Counted from the first letter of the stretch, positions 12,101-23,229 are shown. The stretch: 64,000 bases of DNA from Ranitomeya imitator (GCF_032444005.1 NC_091282.1:83638001-83702000), one strand, 5' to 3'. Translations and numbers: made by a program. Notes: a model not told the origin generated them from the sequence alone.

Positions 12101-13318
12101 GCCAATTTTATGTGTACCTCGTAGCCACGTTAAGGCATCTCTCTTATACGAGGTCCTACGCTTGACCTACCTCACTGAGAATAAACGTCTCCATCTGAAT
12201 GGGTACATGTAAAAACCTCTTCTTGGTATACCCCTCCACAGAGAGAGAATTTGAGTCCAAGAAGAGGTTTTTACATGTGCCCATTCAGATGGAGACGTTT
12301 ATTCTCAGTGAGGTAGGTCAAGCGTAGGACCTCGTATAAGAGAGATGCCTTAACGTGGCTACGAGGTACACATAAAATTGGCCATTTTTGTGCGCTAAAA
12401 GCTCTCATTTTTCATATTTCTAGTGCAGTAATGCAGTTCAAATTTCGTTTTTTCAAGTTTGCATGTTTTGGCGCTGCAGTGTGCTGCCCTATTTATTTAA
12501 CTGGAAATTGGTGGCGCGGCAAGGCCGGGTTCTGGTTTTTTGAGGGACACAAGTGACGTGGATTTGCCTGAAACTGCCCCTCAACCAAGCACAACCGCAG
12601 ATTTGAGAACTGGAACTTTGGCCAACATGGCGGATTATGCCTTATGTATCCTCAAAAGGGACACACGCATAACTAAAATGATGAACGATGACAATTACTG
12701 GTTGGCCTGCCTCCTTGATCCTCGCTATAAAGGCAAATTGCAAAATATAATGCCACATGAGAACTTGGAACTAATATTAGCAACCAAACAATCAACTCTT
12801 GTTGACCGTTTGCTTCTGGCATTCCCTGCACACAGTGCCCGTGATCGTTCTCACACGAGCTGCAGGGGCCAGCAGACCAGAGGTGTTAGAGGGGCAGAAA
12901 TCAGAAGTGGCGTTGGACAGAGGGGTTTTCTGACCAGGTTGTGGAGTGATTTTGCTATAACCGCAGACAGGACAGGTACTGCAGCATCAATTCAAAGTGA
13001 CAGGAGACAACATTTGTCCAGTAAGGTTACAAACTATTTTTCATCCCTTATCAACGTTCTCCCTCAACCGTCATTCCCATTTGATTACTGGGCATCCAAA
13101 TTAGACACCTGGCCAGAATTGGCAGAATATGCATTGCAGGAGCTTGCTTGCCCGGCAGCTAGTGTCCTATCAGAAAGAGTATTCAGTGTGCAGGTTCAAT
13201 ACTAACAGAAAAAAGGACTCGTCTGGCTACCTAAAATGTAGATGATCTAACCTTCATTAAAATGAACCACAACTGGATTTCGAAATCTTTTGCCCCACCT
13301 TGCCCGGCTGACACCTAG
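9142..13318 (+). pseudogene. Disabled hAT transposase (BED zinc finger, DDE core, C-terminal dimerisation domain)
   Basis: BED: SAVWHF..CQKC..HRHLTTMH. Core: VHLTTDAW, VSDNGRNF, CLAHTLNLVV, DVATRWNST. Dimerisation: YWASKLDTWPELAEYA..PAASVLSERVFS. Lesions: frameshift near 9595, TAG at 9860 and 10562, insertion 11903-12500, frameshift near 13190 and a downstream TAA. Confidence 0.92.
11903..12500. mobile_element. 598-bp fold-back insertion with a 12-bp target duplication inside the transposase
   Basis: CTGGAAATTGGT at 11891-11902 and 12501-12512. Inverted arms of about 246 bp (11981-12226 and 12257-12502) with one visible mismatch and a 30-bp spacer. Confidence 0.85.
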
Positions 13319-13779
13319 CTTTCCTATGAAAAGGTCTTGCCTGTGGACTATTCTGAATGACTTTTCCAATCTCGTAATTTTCTGCACCTGATTGTCCAGC
13401 ATACGACATGTTTACACCTCACTAAATGGCCAAACTCCCCACACGGGGCCGTGGTATCGCCACTTGGCGCCAGCACCCGTGAGAGTGCTGTTTGTCTGAA
13501 GAGGTGGGTGTGCCCGCTTTTGGTCGACGGCACTGCCACTGGGTCCCTCCTAGTACAATAAAGTGTCTCTGGCGGTGGTGGTGCGCACCCAACGTCAGAC
13601 ACACCGTTGTAATATGAGGGGCCCTGGGCCTGTACCGCCGGCCACAAGACAGTTCCCCCCCCAGCTCAAACAGTGCTCTACCACTTGCAAAATTATCTCT
13701 CACAGCTCCACCAATGTTTAGTCTATGCGCTGACATCCTTCAATGCCTGGCACTGACAATACCATTGTATTGACATTTT

Positions 13780-15000
13780 TGTTACGTTAGGCCTTCGAAG
13801 CCTCTTTGCGGTCCCTCCTTCCACTAGGCCTCCACTGACCATTGTACTGCTGCCCTTGTACCCCTGGAACCAATTTTAAATTGCCAACAGCCCTATTTTT
13901 TTATGTTAGGCCTTCGAAGCCTGTCTGCGGTCCCTCCTTCCACTAGGCCTCCACTGACCACACCACTGCTGCCCGTGTACCCCTGGAACCAATTTTAAAT
14001 TGCCTACAGCCAGCCCAATTTTATTATGTTAGGCCTTCGAAGCCTGTCTGCGGTCCGTTCTTTCTACTACTACTACACTGACCAGGCCACTGCTGCCCGT
14101 GTTCCCCTGGAACCAATTTTAAATTGCCAACAGCCCTATTTTTGTTATGTTAGGCCTTCGATGCCTGTCTGCGGTCACTCCTTCCACTAGGCCTCCACTG
14201 ACCACACCACTGCTGCCCGTGTACCCCTGGAACCAATTTTAAATTGCCTACAGCCAGCCCAATTTTATTATGTTAGGCCTTCGAAGCCTGTCTGCGGTCC
14301 GTTCTTTCTACTACTACTACACTGACCAGGCCACTGCTGCCCGTGTTCCCCTGGAACCAATTTTAAATTGCCAACAGCCCTATTTTTGTTATGTTAGGCC
14401 TTCGAAGCCTGTCTGCGGTCCCTCCTTCCACTAGGCCGCCACTGACCACACCACTGCTGCCCGTGTACACCTGGAACCAATTTAAAATTGCCTACAGCCA
14501 GCCCAATTTTTTTATGTTAGGCCTTCGAAGCCTGTCTGCGGTCCGTTCTTTCTACTACTACTACACTGACCAGGCCACTGCTGCCCGTGTTCCCCTGGAA
14601 CCAATTTAAAATTGCCTACAGCCATCTGTTATTATGTTAGGCTTTCGATGCCTGTCTGCGGTCACTCCTTCCACTAGGTCTCCACTGACCACACCACTGC
14701 TGCCCGTGTACCCCTGGAACCAATTTAAAATTGCCTACAGCCAGCCCAATTTTATTATGTTAGGCCTTCGAAGCCTGTCTGCGGTCCGTTCTTTCTACTA
14801 CTACTACACTGACCAGGCCACTGCTGCCCGTGTTCCCCTGGAACCAATTTTAAATTGCCAACAGCCCTATGTTTGTTATGTTAGGCCTTCGATGCCTGTC
14901 TGCGGTCACTCCTTCCACTAGGCCTCCACTGACCACACCACTGCTGCCCGTGGACCCCTGGAACCTATTTTTAATTGCATAGAGCATCCTTTTTTTAATA
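13780..15000. repeat. Tandem array of alternating about 121/123-bp monomers (about 244-bp dimer) in the hAT 3' region
   Basis: atgttaggccttcga recurs about every 122 bp (e.g. 13903, 14146, 14270, 14391, 14635). Monomers alternate between ..ccttccactagg..ccacaccactg and ..gttctttctactactactacactgaccagg. Confidence 0.9.
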
Positions 15001-15279
15001 GTAGGCGTACAAAGTCTGTCTGCGGTCCACTATTGAAATTGTACTCCACTGCCCAGAGCAATGCTGCCTGTGTACCCCTGTAACTTTTTTAAGCTGCAGT
15101 GAGCCACATTTTTGGTTTAAGTCCTACTACCTGTGTCTGTCTGCGCCACTCAATTCAGCTGTGTTCCTTTGAAAAAAGCTGAGCATCAATAGTCTTGTTT
15201 TCAGCCTCTAGGAATTTTAAAACTGCATTGGGGGTACAACATTGGTAGGGCCTACAAACGGTGTCTGCCTCCACAAGGT

Positions 15280-17335
15280 GTGCTCCAGGTTTCCTCGCCA
15301 TTGCTTCGATCTCCATGCTCTGGTTTAGTAGTTGTTGGAAACTACGCTGCATTAGGCCTACAAATTGGGTATGGGGTGTAGAGAGATGGTGTGTTCCACT
15401 CCAAGGTGTTCCCCATGTTTCCTCTCCATTGCTTCGATCTTCATGCTCTCGTTTAGTAGTTGTTGGAAACTACGCTGCATTAGGCCTACAAATTGGGTAT
15501 GGGGTGTAGAGAGATGGTGTGTTCCACTCCAAGGTGTTCCCCAGGTTTCCTCTCCATTGCTTCGATCTTCATGCTCTCGTTTAGTAGTTGTTGGAAACTA
15601 CGCTGCATTAGGCCTACAAATTGGGTATGGGGTGTAGAGAGATGGTGTGTTCCACTCCAAGGTGTTCCCCAGGTTTCCTCGCCATTGCTTCGATCTTCAT
15701 GCTCTCGTTTATTAGTTGTTGGAAACTACGCTGCATTAGGCCTACAAATTGGGTATGGGGTGTAGAGAGATGGTGTGTTCCACTCCAAGGTGTTCCCCAG
15801 GTTTCCTCTCCATTGCTTCGATCTTCATGCTCTCGTTTAGTAGTTGTTGGAAACTACGCTGCATTAGGCCTACAAATTGGGTATGGGGTGTAGAGAGATG
15901 GTGTGTTCCACTCCAAGGTGTTCCCCAGGTTTCCTCTCCATTGCTTCGATCTTCATGCTCTCGTTTAGTAGTTGTTGGAAACTACGCTGCATTAGGCCTA
16001 CAAATTGGGTATGGGGTGTAGAGAGATGGTGTGTTCCACTCCAAGGTGTTCCCCAGGTTTCCTCGCCATTGCTTCGATCTTCATGCTCTCGTTTAGTAGT
16101 TGTTGGAAACTACGCTGCATTAGGCCTACAAATTAGGTATGGGGTGTAGAGAGATGGTGTGTTCCACTCCAAGGTGTTCCCCAGGTTTCCTCTCCATTGC
16201 TTCGATCTTCATGCTCTCGTTTAGTAGTTGTTGGAAACTACGCTGCATTAGGCCTACAAATTGGGTATGGGGTGTAGAGAGATGGTGTGTTCCACTCCAA
16301 GGTGTTCCCCAGGTTTCCTCTCCATTGCTTCGATCTTCATGCTCTCGTTTAGTAGTTGTTGGAAACTACGCTGCATTAGGCCTACAAATTGGGTATGGGG
16401 TGTAGAGAGATGGTGTGTTCCACTCCAAGGTGTTCCCCAGGTTTCCTCTCCATTGCTTCGATCTTCATGCTCTCGTTTAGTAGTTGTTGGAAACTACGCT
16501 GCATTAGGCCTACAAATTGGGTATGGGGTGTAGAGAGATGGTGTGTTCCACTCCAAGGTGTTCCCCAGGTTTCCTCTCCATTGCTTCGATCTTCATGCTC
16601 TCGTTTAGTAGTTGTTGGAAACTACGCTGCATTAGGCCTACAAATTGGGTATGGGGTGCAGAGAGATGGTGTGTTCCACTCCAAGGTGTTCCCCAGGTTT
16701 CCTCGCCATTGCTTCGATCTTCATGCTCTCGTTTAGTAGTTGTTGGAAACTACGCTGCATTAGGCCTACAAATTGGGTATGGGGTGTAGAGAGATGGTGT
16801 GTTCCACTCCAAGGTGTTCCCCAGGTTTCCTCGCCATTGCTTCGATCTTCATGCTCTCGTTTAGTAGTTGTTGGAAACTACGCTGCATTAGGCCTACAAA
16901 TTGGGTATGGGGTGTAGAGAGATGGTGTGTTCCACTCCAAGGTGTTCCCCAGGTTTCCTCTCCATTGCTTCGATCTTCATGCTCTCGTTTAGTAGTTGTT
17001 GGAAACTACGCTGCATTAGGCCTACAAATTGGGTATGGGGTGTAGAGAGATGGTGTGTTCCACTCCAAGGTGTTCCCCAGGTTTCCTCTCCATTGCTTCG
17101 ATCTTCATGCTCTCGTTTAGTAGTTGTTGGAAACTACGCTGCATTAGGCCTACAAATTGGGTATGGGGTGTAGAGAGATGGTGTGTTCCACTCCAAGGTG
17201 TTCCCCAGGTTTCCTCTCCATTGCTTCGATCTTCATGCTCTCGTTTAGTAGTTGTTGGAAACTACGCTGCATTAGGCCTACAAATTGGGTACGGGGTGTA
17301 GAGAGATGGTGTGTTACACTCCAAGGTGTTCTCCA
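15280..17335. repeat. 128-bp satellite, about 16 near-identical copies, inside the hAT
   Basis: Unit gggtatggggtgtagagagatgg...gcattaggcctacaaatt. ORF-track entries recur with exact 128-bp spacing. Confidence 0.97.
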
Positions 17336-18903
17336 GGTTGCCTTTCCTGAGCTTCCATCTTCAGGCTCTCATTAAATTGTGGTTAAATGGAACAACTGCA
17401 TTTGGCGTACTAGTTGGTTTGGGGCCTACTATCGGTGTCTGCCACTCCTTGCTGTTCTCCTGGTTTCCTGTCCTGAAATTCCATTTTCAGGCTCTCGTTA
17501 AGTAGTTGTTAATGTTAGACTGCATTTGGCCTACTAGTTGGGTTGGGGCCTACTATCGGTGTCTGCCACTCCTTGCTGTTCTCCTCCACTGAACAAAGCT
17601 GTGCCGCCTGTTTACTACGGTTGCCAATTTTGAACTGCATTTCGACTACTTACTGATTTGGGCCTACTCTCTGTGTCAGCCTCTCATTCCAGTTGTCCTC
17701 CACTGCAATGCCCCCTGGTTAGTCCTGTGTTACCAATTTTGAACTGCATTTAGCCCACTTTATTTTTTGGGCCTATATCTGTGTTTCCTCCTCATCCTGC
17801 CCATTGCCCAGCCAGTGATAGATGAGTCTGCTGGTACATTGACCCATAACGCTAAATTCCCCGTGCACGCTACACAGCAAGATTGTGACCCTGCTGAAAG
17901 TCAGGTTGCTCTTCCCGCATACCATACCACCTTACACGGGGACAAAGAGGAAGGTGCAGATGAAAGTGCAGGTTCCTTCATCAGGTGGGGGGAGGAATAC
18001 TAGTTGGCGACGTCACTGGCACAGGGCCTCTCATAGTACGCAAAAGTGTTGCTGCCGGTGGGAGGCGCCCCCGCCGTGCAAACACACCGCTGTACTTTGA
18101 GGGGCCCTGTGCCAGTGCCAGTGCCAACGAGTGGGCCCCCCCTGCTTGCTCAGGATCACAGCACTTGCAAAGTTGAAATACTTTCCTCTCCCTGCTCCAC
18201 TGCCGTGACGCGTTCCAGATTTCCTGGGCCCACTAATTACTTGAACCAGCCCTACCCCCCACAACTTTAGCCAAATGACCCCCAATTTCAAATGCCTTCC
18301 AATTATTATAAGCTAAATTACGATTGACAAGCTTCAGTAAAAAGAATGGATGTTTTTGCCATTAAAATGGGCAGTGTAGGTGTTTTCCTGGCCTCCACTC
18401 ACTGCCGACTATGCTCCCCCATTGACTTGCATTGGGTTTCGTGTTTCGGGCGATACCCGACTTTTCGCGATAATCGGCCGATTCCACTCGACTCGACTTC
18501 TAAGATAGTCGGGTTTCGCGAAACACGACTCGACTCTAAAAAGGTCAAGGTCGCTCAACCCTAGTACTGACCGCTTAATAAAATTGGCCAATGAAGTCTA
18601 TTAGAGTAATTTATTATAAGGGATATTTTTGTTGTCACTTTTTTAGAGTGAACTTTTTTTTCTACACTTTGTACAATAAATTTGGCACAGGTAATTTAAA
18701 ATGAAGAAAAGTGACAAAGAGCCGTAAAAAAGAGGATAAAAATGGATCATATGTTTCCTTCTGTGCTCGCTATAATACAGTATGTACATGTACTTTATAA
18801 GATATGCATAATTGTACATTATTTTCTGGCTTTAGGATAAAAGGAAACCTGGCAGAGCCCACGCCCTCCTAGATTTTCAAATGTAGACTAGTCATCCCAT
18901 TAA

Positions 18904-20172
18904 CCCCTTCATGACCTTGGGATTTTCCGTTTTTCACTCCCCTCCCTCCCAGAGCCATAACTTTTTTATTTTTCCGTCAATTTGGCCATGTGAGGGCTTA
19001 TTTTTTGTGGGACGAGTTGTACTTTTGAACGACATCATTGGTTTTACCATGTTGTGTAATGGAAAATGGGAAAAAAAATTCCAAATGCGGTGAAATTGCA
19101 AAAAAAGTGCAATCCCACACTTGTTTTTTGCTTGGCTTTTTTGCTAGGTTCACTAAATGCTAAAACTGACCTGCCATTATGATTCTCCAGGTCATTATGA
19201 GTCCATAGACACCTAACATGACTAGGTTATTTTTTATCTAAGTGGTGAAAAAAAATTCCAAACTTTGCTAAAAAAAAAAAAAAAAATTGTGCCATTTTCC
19301 GATACTCGTAGCGTCTCCATTTTTTCGTGATCTGGGGTCGGGTGAGGGCTTATTTTTTGCGTGCCGAGCTGGCATTTTTAATGATAGCATTTTGGTGCAG
19401 ATACGTTCTTTTGATCGCCCGTTATTGCATTTTAAATTCAATGTCACGGCGACCAAAAAAACGTAATTCTGGCGTTTTGAATTTTTTCTCGCTACGCCGT
19501 TTAGCGATCAGGTTAATGCTTTTTTTTATTGATCGGGCGATTCTGAACGCGGCGATACTAAATATGTGTAGGTTCGATTTTTTTTTTTTTTTTTTTTTAT
19601 TGATTTATTTTGAATGGGGCAGAAGGGGGGTGATTTAAACTTTTATATTTGTTTTATTTTTTTCACATTTTTTTTACTTTTTTTATTTAACTTTTGCCAT
19701 GCTTCAATAGCCTCCATGGGAGGCTAGAAGCAGGCACAACTCGATCGCCTCTGCTACATAGCAGCGATCTTATGTTCGCTGCTATGTAGCAGGAAATCAG
19801 GTGTGCTGTGAGCGCCGACAACAGGGTGGCGCTCACAGCTACCGGCGATCAGTAACCATAGAGGTCTCAAGGACCTCTATGGTTACTATTCAGAAGCATC
19901 GCCGACCTAAGATCATGTGACGGGGGTCGGCGATGCGATCATTTCCAGCCGCCCGGCCGGAAGCTGTAGTTAAATGCTGCTGTCTGCGTTTGACAGCGGC
20001 ATTTAACTAGTTAATAGGTCACATCGTGATTCTGCCCGCGCCTATTACGGGCACATGTCAGCTGTTGAAAACAGCTGACATGTCCCGGCTTTGATGCGGG
20101 CTCACCGCCGGAGCCCGCATCAAAGAGGGGCTTCTGACCTCCGACGTACTATCCCGTCCGAGGTCGGAAAGG
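18904..20172 (+). mobile_element. Non-autonomous TTAA-target (Kolobok/T2-like) DNA transposon
   Basis: TTAA|CCCCTTCATGACC left end and a right end ..gaggtcggaaagg that lacks the last bases. An inverted homologue lies at 58021-59192. Confidence 0.6.
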
Positions 20173-20448
20173 CACCTGTGGGCTTAATTACATGATTTGC
20201 AAGAGCCGACATTACTGCTGACTCCTTGCAAGTTTCGCACATGCGCGCAACTTTTATAATTTCATGTCAGTGTGCAGTAAAGTCTGGTTTACTTTCCCCG
20301 GCTTCACTGTGCAACGACACAAAATGAAAGTTGCGCACATGTACAAGACTGTCAGAGAGTCGGCGGTGACACTGGCTCTTGCAAATAATTACTACCAGAG
20401 GGGCACCGTAACATTGCTAATGGGACAAATAGTCTGGGGAAAATTAAC

Positions 20449-21197
20449 TGTAACGAATGAAAGCGGAGGCACAGGTGGTGAAGTTCACATTCGTTTTTTA
20501 TTGATATTTTTGTGGATCCTTGGGACCACGGTCCGAGGGGCTCTGAAGGGGGCGTGACTACGTGAGCCCCAGACACCAGTGGTAAGTCCCATTGAACAGG
20601 ATCGGAATGGAATGCCTGGAGACACGGGTGCTACCTCCAGTTAGACCCCGGACATGTGTCAGCTGTCCCAGCGGGACAGACGGACAAGCAGTGTTAACAG
20701 ATATCGTGGAGCTGACACAGGTGACCCTGGCATTGTCCAGAGGTATGGATGGCTGAATGGCGGGAGTGACAGAGCTGGCTTAGGCAGAACGGTCATCATC
20801 CAGGATAGCAGGGTAACAGGTAGCTGATAGTCTGCAGAGACACACAGTGTAAGCTGAGCACTGGCAGAACACTTCTGAAGCTAAAACACACACTAGCTGA
20901 AACCAGAAACTAGCAACAGAGGATACTTGTTGCTCCGGTACCCTCCCTATGGCGGAGGGGCTAGAAACAATAATTACCAACACGCCATTGGTCAGAAGTA
21001 CTTTTTGAAAAATGTGCACTGTCTCTTTAAGAGACCAGGAGCGCACGTGACCTAAGCACTCAACCAGAGAACCTCCTGGCCGCGCGCCAGGAAGCAGGGG
21101 AAGAGAGGAAGCAAAGGCTGCAGCAGGACGGTGTGGGGCGGGCACAAAGTGCCGATGGGGACCCCACGAAGGTACAGGACCGGGAGCGGGTATAACA
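20449..21197. mobile_element. Probable solo LTR
   Basis: TGTAAC...TAACA ends, flanks ttaac/ctaac (5 bp, one mismatch), GC-richer than the surroundings. Confidence 0.5.
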
Positions 21198-22396
21198 CTA
21201 ACGCCCCCTTGACTAGTCTGAAACAAAATAGTACATTGGAAATTGATTTTTAATATTCTTTTTTGCGATATGCTGCAATCACTTATACTGTACAAAGGGT
21301 TTGGTAGACCGGGTGTTAATATAAGAATAAACACATGATGGTGGGCATGGCGGACCTGTCAGGATCCAATTAATAAATCTGTCTATAAGTGCCTATAAGC
21401 GCACATAGAGTAATAATAATGTATTTTAAAACTGAAATGCAGGGCTGAAGGGTTTCCTCACCTGATTAGGTTTTGAATGTCACAATTCCAGTAAATGCCT
21501 GTAGATTATACAGCTGATGCAGTCACATCTGCAGATAAAAGAGGATCTTGATACTAAGGAGATGCTGCGCTACAGGATTGTTACATGCGGACAGTGTAAA
21601 GGATGCAGCTGTCAGCTTACCTGTAAGCACAGAATGTTATCCAGCATGCGATGTCTCTGCAAAGATGCCGAAATGCCTTAATGCAGTACCTCTTGCTTGA
21701 AGCGGACACCAGAGGAGTCCGGTGCCGTGTGTATTCGATGTTGAGGCGCTTGTGTAGAGCCAGGGACTCCCCAGCCAAAGGCGTCCCTGGATACAGCGTG
21801 GGATAGGAGAAAAAATGGCCGCTAGGCTCTGCCTACCTGTGATGTCACACTAAGGAAGGAGCGCTGTAGCGCTGATAAAGGAATGAATAGACCAACCTGG
21901 TTTTACTTCAAGTAGCTTTTATTAATGTGTTTTAAGCTCTATAATATGTAGTTCAGTTTTGAGGAAGGGTTCAGTACAAACCTGAAATGCGCTAATAAAA
22001 GCTACTTGAAGTATAACCACACATGGAACTACTCCTTTTTCACAGCAGTGCGGTCTACCAAAACGCCTATTTCATACTTCTCCTCTATACATTTTGTAGC
22101 TGAAATCAACACCAAAACTGGCATAAACTGATGAATAAATGCACACAATTTTTTGAAAAAAAGACAAAAAAACACAAACTGATATTTAGAGTTGGTATTG
22201 AGAAGTATATTGTGTCCTAAAAGAGGCTTTAGATTATATTGGTAAGATAATTAACTATCTCTTTAAGGCTGCACACAGAACTTATAGTAAATAATGTAAA
22301 TCTGCCCTTCATCAATCCACAGTCTGGCAGATCGTGTACAAAAGGAGGAAAATTACTGCCTTATGAGATCTCTTTGGTCTAGTTCTTTTCTTGAAT

Positions 22397-23048
22397 CAGA
22401 TAGGGATTATATACATTAGATAGGACTGCTCTATTATGGGTATACCTTGGCGATTGGTGGAGCAGCTTAACATACATTTTTTTGCAAAAAAACGTATTAA
22501 CTAAATACCCTGTATTTTTTTCATTTTTTGACTAGCACTTGCTTATTTACTGTGACTTTTTTACAACAGAGTATTTTTGACCTCTCTGTGCGTTTTTGTG
22601 TCTTCAAGTTCTTTGTTGGTGTGAACAGGTTTCTACAGACTTGTTCACTATGCAAGTAGTCCATGTGTTTTTGGTTCTATAATTGTTCTCTTGTTTCTAC
22701 AAGACTGGGGAGTCCACCACTCCTCTGTGGGTCATTTGCATTGTAGCTGTTCCATCCTGCATGTCCACATGTATATTTTTTCTCTCTGAGCCCTGCTTAT
22801 ACAGGTACTATACAGATGATCAGGTTTTTAAGTACATCAGATAGGGATTATATACATTAGACAGGACTGCTCTATTATGGGTATACCTTGGCGATTGGTG
22901 GAGCAGCTTAACATATATTTTTTTGCAAAAAAACGTATTAACTAAATACCCTGTATTTTTTTTCATTTTTTGACTAGCACTTGCTTATTTACTGTGACTT
23001 TTTTACAACAGAGTATTTTTGACCTCTCTGTGCGTTTTTGTGTCTTCA
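22397..23048. mobile_element. 652-bp insertion with a 16-bp target duplication and about 211-bp terminal direct repeats (partial-tandem, Penelope-like architecture)
   Basis: AGTTCTTTTCTTGAAT at 22381-22396 and 23049-23064. Segment cagatagggatt...gtgtcttca occurs at about 22397-22607 and 22838-23048. Confidence 0.75.
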
Positions 23049-23229
23049 AGTTCTTTTCTTGAATGGATGATTTTTTTCAAAGTTTTTCTGTGTTCTGTGA
23101 CTTTAAAGATAACAGTTGAGCTTCATATTAGAGCATCGGAAGAGAAGAGACTGAGGAACATGATATAAGAAGATAAAGAGTCACAGTAAAAGTGCACAGG
23201 CAGATCAACTGTTTACGTGGTAGAGAACT

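Larger units (their letters stand above)
6766..18563 (+). mobile_element. Full-length 11.8-kb hAT (Ac/ZBED-like) DNA transposon
   Basis: TIR TAGGGTTGAGCGA (6766) and TCGCTCAACCCTA (18551-18563). Perfect 8-bp TSD GTACTGAC at 6758-6765 and 18564-18571. Internal hAT transposase. Confidence 0.95.

Noticed and set aside
9142-13318. Domesticated ZBED-type host gene
   Set aside because: It lies between intact TIRs and TSD, and carries stops, frameshifts and an insertion, so it is a transposon pseudogene.
15280-17335. Regularly spaced repeats resembling a CRISPR array or a tandem gene family of 90-aa ORFs
   Set aside because: Units are contiguous and near-identical with no unique spacers, there are no cas genes, and the DNA is eukaryotic. 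The ORFs are by-products of the 128-bp periodicity.
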